Virus record (IMG/VR): IMGVR_UViG_3300047468_000065
Location: 1-20,316 of that record
Source of the DNA: a virus
Reading direction: 5' to 3' (one strand)
DNA length: 20,316 bases
The notes beneath the pieces are model-generated. The model saw nothing but the letters and a program-made list of their open reading frames with translations. It did no database searches and was not told where the DNA came from. This document shows positions 14,054 to 20,316 of the stretch, one piece after another; the first letter of the stretch is position 1; each line of letters begins with the position of its first letter. Position numbers and translations under genes: made by a program.

Positions 14054-15666
14054 GCATCACCCTGGCCGGCGCACAGACCGCCCCCGACACGTGGCAGTTC
14101 ACCGTCGCCGGGCTGGACCCCGCAGAGTCGCCGACGTTCACGATCAGCTACGGCGACTCGACGGCGCCGGTCGTCGTCACCACCCACGCGTCGGGTACGA
14201 CGGTGGTCACACACACGTACACGACGCCGGGTCACCACACCTACACCGTGACCGTGACCGCAGCGAAAACGCCGTACGCACTAACGCTGCAGGCTCTGGA
14301 CGACCGGCACGCCGGGCCCCGTGAATCGATGTTCTCCGACCTGGCCGTGCCCGGCGGTGGGGAATACGTCAACGAACTCGGCGAAGTGTTTACCGTGCAC
14401 GTGCCGGGCCGGATCCCGGCGGCCCGGGTCGGCAAATCGGTCGGATCGGTGATCACGACCCGGCAGGTGGCTCTGTGGCGTAGGTCCGACGGTGTCAAAC
14501 TCGCCGTGGCCGATTCGGTCGAATCCGCGTCCGGCGTCTGGGTCGAAACACCGTTCCCTGCACCGGTAAACGTGGCGCCGGGCGACTACATCGTTTCCTA
14601 TCACGGCGCCGATTTCGTTTCGGCGTTGGCGAACCCGTCGACCGACGTGGCACCCAGCCTGACCCCGGTGTCCGGCAGCCTGGGCGGCCTGGCCGGCGAG
14701 GTCATGCCGGACCAGCTGCAGCCCTACATGTATTACGCCGACGTCGTGTTTGTCGCCGACGGCGCGCTGGCCGACATCGCCGCCGACGTCGCCACCCTGG
14801 CCGACATCGCAGCCACCACACAGACGGCGGCGGGCCTGACCGTGACGGTCGACGTCGGGCCGGCGACCATCTGGGCCACCGTCCTTCCCGGCAACCCGGT
14901 GCCGGTGGTCCAGGTAGACACCTACATCGGCAACATCGGCAACGTGACCACCTGGTCGGTGGCCCGGGACCAGCCCAACCAATCGGCGCCCATCTACATC
15001 GGGTCGCGCCTCACCGAGGCGATCTCGTTCATCGACGAATTGGCGCCGTTGGGTGTGCCGATCACCTACCGGCTGACCATCACCTACCTCGACGGGTCAG
15101 GCGCCATCGTCACATCTAACACTGTGATGATCGTCGGCACCGCCGGCTGCTACCTGACCAACCCAGCCACCGGTGCGACGCTGCGGGTCACCCTGGCCCG
15201 CTGGCCCGACCGGGCCCGCGCCCCACGGCGGGCCCTGCTGCAGGTTCTGGGCCGGCCCGACCCGGTGGCACTGTCCGACGTGCATGCCACCCCCGCCGGG
15301 AAATGGACCCTCTACACCGCCACCGACATCGAGACGTCGGCGCTGGTCACCCTGCTGATCGGGCTGGGCGCGACGGTGGTGCTGCGCACCCAGCCCGGGT
15401 CATCGATCCCGGCGTGCACCGCGTCCATCGGGCAGGTCACCGAGACCCGCTACTCCGACCAGGGCGGTGACCAGCGCCGGTGGATCGACGTCGAGATTCA
15501 GGAAATCGAACCGCTACCGGCCACCGCCCTGCCGTTGGCCGCCACGCTGGGCGGGCTGGCCGACCTGGGCGCCACCCTGGCCGACCTGAACGCGCTACGC
15601 GCGACCCTGCTGCAGCTGTCGATGATCCCGACCGGCGAGGAGGCCCCCGTTGCGGCCAACGTCTGA
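14050..15666 (+). CDS. Minor tail protein: Dit-like C-terminal half with an N-terminal PKD-like plus DUF4082-like extension
   Basis: ATGA overlap with the tape measure (alternative ATG 14038). A PKD-like motif (ISYGDS...THTYTTPGHHTYTVTVTA) is followed by a pattern I associate with DUF4082 (VFTVHVPGRI...VALWRRSDGVKLA...GVWVETPFPAPVNVAPGDYIVSYH). It occupies the first position after the tape measure. Confidence 0.6.
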   Translation: MSITLAGAQTAPDTWQFTVAGLDPAESPTFTISYGDSTAPVVVTTHASGTTVVTHTYTTPGHHTYTVTVTAAKTPYALTLQALDDRHAGPRESMFSDLAVPGGGEYVNELGEVFTVHVPGRIPAARVGKSVGSVITTRQVALWRRSDGVKLAVADSVESASGVWVETPFPAPVNVAPGDYIVSYHGADFVSALANPSTDVAPSLTPVSGSLGGLAGEVMPDQLQPYMYYADVVFVADGALADIAADVATLADIAATTQTAAGLTVTVDVGPATIWATVLPGNPVPVVQVDTYIGNIGNVTTWSVARDQPNQSAPIYIGSRLTEAISFIDELAPLGVPITYRLTITYLDGSGAIVTSNTVMIVGTAGCYLTNPATGATLRVTLARWPDRARAPRRALLQVLGRPDPVALSDVHATPAGKWTLYTATDIETSALVTLLIGLGATVVLRTQPGSSIPACTASIGQVTETRYSDQGGDQRRWIDVEIQEIEPLPATALPLAATLGGLADLGATLADLNALRATLLQLSMIPTGEEAPVAANV

Positions 15667-16771
15667 CGCCTGGCGTGCCCTGATCGGCTACTCACACCCG
15701 ATCGTCACCGTCATCGAGTCGTGGCTGGGCCCGTCACAGCTAGCCGCGCACGTGCCCATCACCGCGGGCCGGGTCGCCTTCGATGACACGGCGGTCGTGA
15801 AAGGGCGCCTCACCCTGACCGTGCCGGCCCACACACCGGGCCAGCGGTGGGACCCGGCAGGCAACCCGCTGGCGCCGCTGGGCGCCTACGGGCAGCGGCT
15901 GCACCTACGGACCGGCATCGGCTACCCCACCGGTGAGCTAGAACTGCTGGACCTCGGCTGGTATCTCATCACCGGCTGGCGCCGCGACGAGGACCAGGCC
16001 ACCGTCGCCGTCGAAGCGCTGGACCTGGCCCAACTCGTCCTAGATGACCGGCTGACCGCACCCAGCAGCCCACCACCCGGCGCCACGTTCGCCTCAGAGT
16101 TTGGCCGGCTGCTGGCCGGCATCCTGCCCGTCAGCATCCCGGCAGGTTTCCCCGACCGGCCCATCGCCTCCACCGTGGTGTGGGAACGGGACCGGGACAA
16201 GGCGCTCGCCGACCTGTGCGACGCCTGGCCCGCCCGCTGGTATGTGGGGGACGACGGCGCCGCCCACGTCGCTGCCACCTACGGGCCCGTCAGCGAGACG
16301 ACACCGCCCGACCTGACCCTCACCGATGGGGCAGCCGGCACCGTCACCGCGCGGGCCCGTGGCGCCCAACGGGGGGCCCTGTTCAACCGGATCGTGGTGG
16401 ACGGCAAGGCACCCGATGATGCGACCCCGCGGCCCCATGCGGTCGCCGAGATCACGTCGGCAAGTTCACCGATCCGGGCCGCCGGCCCCTACGGGCGAGT
16501 GACCCGGTTCTACGCCTCCGACCTGGTGACCAGCCAGGCGCAGGCCGACGACGCGGCAGCGTCGATGCTGGTCCGCTACGCCTCCGCCGGGCGTACCGAA
16601 CCGGTCCGGGCGGTCCCCGACCCGTCCATCCAGCTGGGTGACGTGACCCGCGTACTTACGCAGGACGGTGACCGCTACACCGCCCGCGTGGAACACATCA
16701 CGTTGCCCCTCACCGCCAGGGACGGGCCGATGGAAGTCACCCCGGGCATGCTGCCCGCCGGGGTGGTGTAG
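15650..16771 (+). CDS. Minor tail protein (Tal/hub position; DUF5047-like N-terminus)
   Basis: GAGGAGG at 15637-15643 lies 6 nt upstream of TTG 15650. The N-terminal pattern (SDAWRALIGYSHPIVTVIESW...ITAGRVAFDDTAVVKGRLTLTV) resembles actinophage DUF5047 tail proteins. Confidence 0.6.
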   Translation: MRPTSDAWRALIGYSHPIVTVIESWLGPSQLAAHVPITAGRVAFDDTAVVKGRLTLTVPAHTPGQRWDPAGNPLAPLGAYGQRLHLRTGIGYPTGELELLDLGWYLITGWRRDEDQATVAVEALDLAQLVLDDRLTAPSSPPPGATFASEFGRLLAGILPVSIPAGFPDRPIASTVVWERDRDKALADLCDAWPARWYVGDDGAAHVAATYGPVSETTPPDLTLTDGAAGTVTARARGAQRGALFNRIVVDGKAPDDATPRPHAVAEITSASSPIRAAGPYGRVTRFYASDLVTSQAQADDAAASMLVRYASAGRTEPVRAVPDPSIQLGDVTRVLTQDGDRYTARVEHITLPLTARDGPMEVTPGMLPAGVV

Positions 16772-16775
16772 CCCG

Positions 16776-17003
16776 GTGCCCACCCCCGCGCAGGTCGCCA
16801 ACCGCCGCCAGCCGCCGCCCACCGAACGGCACTACCCGGCCACCGTCTCCGCGGTGGGTCCGCCGGTCACCGTCGCGCTCGAGCCGGGCGGCGCCCTCAC
16901 CACCGCGACCCCGCTGGACGGCGCCACCTACACCGTCGGTGCCCGCGTGCTGGTGCTGGTCACGTCGTTCGGTAACTACATCCTCGGGAGGACCACCCCA
17001 TGA
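16776..17003 (+). CDS. Small minor tail protein (75 aa), putative
   Basis: GTG 16776 lies 5 nt after the upstream stop. High GC3. The pattern ATVSAV...VTVALEPGG...YTVGARVLVL...ILG is common in small actinophage tail-module proteins. Confidence 0.45.
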   Translation: MPTPAQVANRRQPPPTERHYPATVSAVGPPVTVALEPGGALTTATPLDGATYTVGARVLVLVTSFGNYILGRTTP

Positions 17004-17623
17004 AAACCACGCCGACCTATGCGCTTCCCTATCCCGAATCCGGCGACCACACCCGAACGTGGGAGTACTGGCAGGGATTGGCCGACGCCGTCGACACGTT
17101 GCTGGCCAACCGGTTCGTGTCCGTCAATCCCGACGGGTCGATCAAAACGCCCGGCAGTAGCCGGCCTATTCCGTTCGCGCAGGTCGCCAACTACGTGAAC
17201 ACCGGCATTAACGGGAACTTCGTCATCAACACGATCACGTTCCCGGCTGGCCGCTTCACAGTGGCGCCGATGGTCACCGCGACGACCGACCACGTCGACT
17301 GTTTCGCTGGCGCGCAGGCCATCTCGGCCACCGGTTTTACGATCATGGGCCGGTCGGCCATCGGCGCCATTACCGCGGCGCTGAACATCTGGTACCACGC
17401 CATCCAGATGACACCGACCAGCGGCGTCGGCCTGGCCACCCTCGACGCGGCCCCGGGCGGCTACCTGGCCCAGACGGTGACCTGCCATGTGGCCGACTGC
17501 GCCAACGCAGGCGCCGCCCTATCGGTCTACGTGCCCACCGTCGACCCGGCAGGCGAACCGGTCACCGCCCCGACGATCGTGTGCGGTGTGTGTCAAGCAC
17601 CGATCACCGACATCGGTCCGTAG
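17000..17623 (+). CDS. Minor tail / putative receptor-binding protein
   Basis: GGGAGG lies upstream and there is an ATGA overlap. The N-terminal TYALPYPESGD...LADAVDTLL motif is typical of actinophage minor tail (fibre) proteins. It is the last gene of the tail module. Confidence 0.6.
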   Translation: MKTTPTYALPYPESGDHTRTWEYWQGLADAVDTLLANRFVSVNPDGSIKTPGSSRPIPFAQVANYVNTGINGNFVINTITFPAGRFTVAPMVTATTDHVDCFAGAQAISATGFTIMGRSAIGAITAALNIWYHAIQMTPTSGVGLATLDAAPGGYLAQTVTCHVADCANAGAALSVYVPTVDPAGEPVTAPTIVCGVCQAPITDIGP

Positions 17624-17654
17624 TGACGCGCCGCCGCGCCGCCGCCTAGGAGCG

Positions 17655-17682
17655 GTGTGCCCCGGTAACACCGTGGGCACAC
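17655..17682 (+). terminator. Hairpin downstream of the last tail gene (candidate terminator)
   Basis: gtgtgccc (17655-17662) pairs with gggcacac (17675-17682). An inner cggt/accg stem also forms, with one bulge. No U-tract. Confidence 0.45.
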
Positions 17683-17745
17683 ACCCCCCGCCGCCGGATA
17701 CCCCCGGCGTACGTTCTGACCCCCCGCGCCCGTGCTAGGTTGCGT

Positions 17746-17827
17746 TTTCCCTGGTCACGGGCCCGGGGGGTCGCCGATTCGATTCCCGGCACCTCCACCC
17801 TGCAAAAACGGTCCCTGACCAGGGAAA
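17746..17827. other. Candidate attP core region: a tRNA 3'-end-like segment flanked by a perfect 12-bp inverted repeat
   Basis: TTCGATTCCCGG + CACCTCC + ACC (17778-17799) reads like a T-loop, T-stem 3' strand, acceptor 3' strand and discriminator. It is flanked by tttccctggtca (17746-17757) and tgaccagggaaa (17816-17827). It lies about 140 bp upstream of int. Confidence 0.45.
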
Positions 17828-17936
17828 GTACAGAACGCGCTGTGCCCCGGTGATCCACTAGGGCCCCCTCGGGGGCACACATTGGACCGGGCACCGGGGT
17901 ACAGCGCGGTCATGTTCCTTCCCCTAGGAGTGATCG

Positions 17937-19241
17937 GTGCCGATGTTCAAGGTCAATATCCAGGCCAAACGGCTCGCGTCCGGGGCGGTCCGGCACGTGG
18001 TGCGGTGGCGCCCGCAGGGCACCTACGGGGCCCAGCGGGCGGTGCCGTTCGACGACCCCGGCCATGCCCGCCTGTACGCCGGCCTCGTCTACACCGCGCA
18101 GGCCGACCCCGACCCCGCGGTCCTGCGGGCGGCAGGCCTCGGCTTCCTCCTGGGTCCTGCGGACGGCAGCTGGACCGACGCCGCCCGCGGGCCCGTAGCC
18201 GCCACCGCCGCCGGGCCCACCCTGCTGGACGCCTGCGCGGCGTATCTGGCCACCCGGACGTCGGTGCAACCGGACACCCTGGACGGGTACCGCACCCTCG
18301 TCCGCCGCCACGTTGCGCCGTGGGCGGCCATGGTCGGAAATCCGCCCCTCGCAGAGGTCCACCGGGCTGACCTGGCCGCCTGGCAGGCGTGGGCGGTGGC
18401 CCGCGGCGCGTCAGCGAAAACGGTCAAGAATGTCAAGGTGGCGGTGCTGGGTCCGGTGTTCAAGCGGGCCACCTGGCGCGGCGATGAGGGCCAGCCGCCG
18501 CTGCGTACGGACAACCCGCTCGTCGGGCTGGACCCGCCCCGCGCCGGGCGGGCCCGGACCCGCCGCGCCGTGGTGGAGGGCGCCGACGCGGTGACGTTCT
18601 TCGCCGCCGCCTACCGGGTCAACGCCGACGCTGCCGACGTGCTGCTGGCCGCCGCCGCGCTCGGCCTGCGCCGCGGGGAGGTCACCGGCCTGTGCGCCGA
18701 CATGGTGGACCTGGACCGGGGCGTGGTGTACGTGACCCGGGTGGCCCGCCGGCAGGGCACCGGGGCGCCCCGCGGCCAGTCCCGGCGCCTCGAACCGGGC
18801 GGCAAGTCCGACGCCGCCGACCGGCCGGTCCCGATCCCCGCCGCCGTGCTCCCCATGTTCACCGCCCGGCTGGCCGCCGCCGCCGGGCCGGGCGGGCTGG
18901 TGTTCCCCAACGCCCGCACCGGCGGGCTGTGGCTGGGCACCGCGTGGCAGCGGTACATGACCCGGGTGCACACCGCCGCCGCCGCCGCCGGCCTCACCGC
19001 CCGGGTGACCGCCCACTCCTGGCGGCACATGTATAAGTCCGTACTGGCCGCCGGTGGGGTGGACCCGCACACCCAGAACGCCGCCCTCGGGCACACCGGC
19101 GCGTCCGGTGACCCGTACTTCCACGCCACCGGCCCCGGCTTCGCCGCGGTCCGGGCCGCCGCCGCCGGCCACGTCACCGCCCTGGCCGCGCTGCGACCCG
19201 CGTCTCACCCGGCCACCACTGTGGACACTGCCGCCGCCTGA
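17937..19241 (+). CDS. int: Tyrosine recombinase (phage integrase)
   Basis: AGGAG at 17926-17930 lies upstream of GTG 17937 (alternative ATG 17943). There is a SAM-like N-terminal domain. Catalytic-type motifs are GLRRGE, HSWRH, LGH and a C-terminal Tyr (DPYFH). Confidence 0.85.
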   Translation: MPMFKVNIQAKRLASGAVRHVVRWRPQGTYGAQRAVPFDDPGHARLYAGLVYTAQADPDPAVLRAAGLGFLLGPADGSWTDAARGPVAATAAGPTLLDACAAYLATRTSVQPDTLDGYRTLVRRHVAPWAAMVGNPPLAEVHRADLAAWQAWAVARGASAKTVKNVKVAVLGPVFKRATWRGDEGQPPLRTDNPLVGLDPPRAGRARTRRAVVEGADAVTFFAAAYRVNADAADVLLAAAALGLRRGEVTGLCADMVDLDRGVVYVTRVARRQGTGAPRGQSRRLEPGGKSDAADRPVPIPAAVLPMFTARLAAAAGPGGLVFPNARTGGLWLGTAWQRYMTRVHTAAAAAGLTARVTAHSWRHMYKSVLAAGGVDPHTQNAALGHTGASGDPYFHATGPGFAAVRAAAAGHVTALAALRPASHPATTVDTAAA

Positions 19242-19255
19242 CCAGCCGGTCAGCA

Positions 19256-19302
19256 ACGACGAAGGGCCCCGACCGGACACGGTCGGGGCCCCGTTGCGTC
19301 GT
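19256..19302 (+). terminator. Strong hairpin after int (candidate terminator)
   Basis: gggccccgaccg (19264-19275) pairs with cggtcggggccc (19280-19291) around a 4-nt loop. The stem is extended by an imperfect acgacgaa / ttgcgtcgt pairing. Confidence 0.6.
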
Positions 19303-19339
19303 GCAGCATCTGGTCAATGTGACCGATAGCCCATACCTG

Positions 19340-19560
19340 CACTTGGCGGCGTCTAGTGCAACTTGCAACATTTACCGTCAGTGGTGGTCTTGTCACACCC
19401 TAGAACGGGGCGTAGGAAGGTAAGCACCGTTAGTGCACACCCCGGACCTAGGGGTCGCGTCAACGGACTAGGCGTCCCGACCCGTTCCGCGCCCCCTACG
19501 TTGCGTAGGGCTGTCACCGCTGGACATCCGCCGGGAAGCACGATCTTTAAACCTGCACCA
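19340..19560 (+). promoter_or_regulatory. Repeat-rich, locally lower-GC regulatory region upstream of the Xis-like gene
   Basis: Direct repeats ACCGT(C/T)AGTG occur at 19374 and 19427. Two dyad-containing boxes, CGGACCTAGGGGTC (19443-19456) and CGGACTAGGCGTC (19464-19476), start 21 bp apart. A 7-bp-stem palindrome ccctacg-ttg-cgtaggg lies at 19494-19510. A weak promoter-like pair is TGGACA (19521-19526) and TTTAAA (19546-19551). Confidence 0.4.
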
Positions 19561-19582
19561 CGGGTGAACGGGAGCACCGCCC

Positions 19583-19897
19583 ATGTCGACCCAGTCCCCC
19601 CCCCCCCCCCGCGCCGCTGACCCGCCTACCGGGATCGGCGACATCGATGACGACCGGCTGTACCTGGCCAGTGAAATCGCACCGCTGCTGCGGGTGTCCG
19701 ACCGGCGCCTGCGGGAGATCCTGCACCGCGCAAAGATCCCCACCACGCCCGTCGGGCTGGGCACCCGGCGCCTGGTCCGCATCCGCGGCAGCGTCGCCAA
19801 AGCCCTGCTGAACGGTGAGTACGACCTGACCGGCGCGCCGCCGGCCCGGGCCGACACCACCTACCACGACCCGGTGAACCGCCGCCGGTCCATCTAG
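19583..19897 (+). CDS. Excisionase-like / MerR-type helix-turn-helix DNA-binding protein
   Basis: GGGAG lies 8 nt upstream of ATG 19583. The core (LYLASEIAPLLRVSDRRLREILHRAKIPTTPVGLGTRRLVRIRGSVAKALL) matches the Xis/HTH_17-type pattern: HTH, then 'R.G...R...', then a wing. Confidence 0.6.
   Translation: MSTQSPPPPRAADPPTGIGDIDDDRLYLASEIAPLLRVSDRRLREILHRAKIPTTPVGLGTRRLVRIRGSVAKALLNGEYDLTGAPPARADTTYHDPVNRRRSI
19596..19610 (+). repeat. C15 homopolymer inside codons 5-10 of the Xis-like gene
   Basis: Counted directly: 15 consecutive C (tcc ccc ccc ccc ccc cgc), encoding S-P-P-P-P-R. Confidence 0.9.
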
Positions 19898-19963
19898 GAC
19901 GGTGGACGCCATGACCCGCGGCCCACTCACCGTCGTCGCCGCCGCCTACGCGGGCGGTTGCCC

Positions 19964-20316
19964 ATGACGTGGCTACGCACCGACGACGGGGACTGTTGGG
20001 ACCCCCGCCTCGTCGCCATCATCCGCAACCGCGGTGAACATCACCGCGCCCTGGGCATGCGGGCCATGCTGCGCGAACACGCCGCCGCCCACCGCACCGA
20101 CGGCTACCTGTCCGGCTACGTGGTGCGCGGCATCCTGTCGCCGCGGTGGCTGGCCCGGTTCTGCGACCCGCCCGACGGTGGGGTGGCGCTGCTGCACCGC
20201 CGCGCCGACCACGTGGACGGCGCCCGGTTCTGCGAATGTCTCAAGTCCGCCGACTGGCCGCCCGGCGCCGACTACGCGGTGCACGGCTACCTGGACACCA
20301 ACCCTTCCCGCGACGA
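19964..20316 (+). CDS. HNH endonuclease, 5' part (the gene crosses the circular junction and continues at 2..847)
   Basis: ATG 19964 overlaps the stop of an upstream 18-codon mini-ORF (ATGA). The frame stays open to the window end and, through the repeat (20213 = 17), is in frame with ORF 17..847. The joined product is 359 aa. The N-terminal region (WLRTDDGDCWDP...TDGYLSGYVV) resembles the N-terminal domain often seen on actinophage HNH proteins. Confidence 0.75.
   Translation, partial: MTWLRTDDGDCWDPRLVAIIRNRGEHHRALGMRAMLREHAAAHRTDGYLSGYVVRGILSPRWLARFCDPPDGGVALLHRRADHVDGARFCECLKSADWPPGADYAVHGYLDTNPSRD
20197..20316. repeat. Right copy of the exact 120-bp terminal direct repeat (equals 1-120)
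   Basis: Same comparison. The repeat lies inside an open reading frame, which indicates circular closure or permutation rather than a physical genome end. Confidence 0.95.

Larger units (their letters stand above)
1..20196 (+). mobile_element. One complete unit of a compact temperate siphovirus-like phage (excised prophage; circular or circularly permuted genome)
   Basis: Bases 1-120 recur exactly at 20197-20316, so the unique unit is 20,196 bp. It carries a full HK97-type head module, a siphovirus tail module, a lysin, a tyrosine integrase and an Xis-like HTH gene. All are on the + strand with frequent ATGA/GTGA overlaps. Confidence 0.8.

Noticed and set aside
17700-17802. A possible complete tRNA gene around the TTCGATTCCCGG...ACC segment.
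   Set aside because: Only the T-loop and 3' side are tRNA-like. The base before TTCGATT is A rather than G, there is no complementary T-stem 5' strand, and no GGAGGTG acceptor 5' strand lies 60-90 nt upstream. I interpret it as an attP core fragment, not a gene.
19911-19967. An 18-codon mini-ORF (MTRGPLTVVAAAYAGGCP) between the Xis-like gene and HNH1, overlapping the HNH1 start (ATGA).
   Set aside because: It is too short to support from sequence alone and has no motif. It might act as a coupling or leader ORF, but I cannot distinguish that from chance.
1-20316. I looked for known defence or anti-defence cassettes, toxin-antitoxin pairs, CRISPR-Cas, retrons, DGR (RT plus template/variable repeats), and rRNA or tmRNA genes.
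   Set aside because: I found no reverse transcriptase, Cas, nuclease-ATPase pair or TA-like small-gene pair with recognisable motifs, and no long repeat pairs other than those reported. I cannot exclude novel functions among the small unknown ORFs.

Overview
This is a very high-G+C (Actinomycetota-type) window that closes on itself. Bases 1-120 are repeated exactly at 20197-20316, giving a unique unit of 20,196 bp, and one gene (an HNH endonuclease) reads across the junction. The unit looks like a complete, unusually compact temperate siphovirus-like phage or excised prophage. Every credible gene is on the + strand, and many are joined by ATGA/GTGA start-stop overlaps. Gene order around the circle is as follows. 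An Xis-like HTH gene comes first, then two HNH endonucleases and five small or unknown ORFs (one possibly DUF3846-like). Next are an NlpC/P60-type lysin with C-terminal transmembrane segments, a 55-aa PDPxT-repeat microprotein, and a Dam-type N6-adenine methyltransferase. After one unknown ORF comes the HK97-type head module: TerS-like protein, TerL, portal, S78 prohead protease, and a capsid with an N-terminal delta domain. The head-tail and tail-tube genes follow, then a tail chaperone pair with a candidate -1 frameshift site, a short tape measure and four distal tail genes. The circle closes with a candidate attP region and a tyrosine integrase. I could not recognise any replication protein, CI/Cro-type repressor, separate holin, full tRNA, rRNA or CRISPR array. 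The long minus-strand ORFs are GC-composition artefacts. The most unusual signals are listed here and detailed in the findings.
- An over-represented, same-orientation 11-mer, CCACWGTGGAC, occurs six times, and one pair of copies extends to an exact 20-mer.
- A C15 homopolymer lies inside the 5' end of the Xis-like gene.
- The lysin carries two C-terminal TM helices and an internal SD+ATG.
- The repeat microprotein is translationally coupled to the methyltransferase.
- The attP-like region is dense with repeats and contains a tRNA 3'-end-like core.

All functional calls come from motif recognition by eye, not from database searches.
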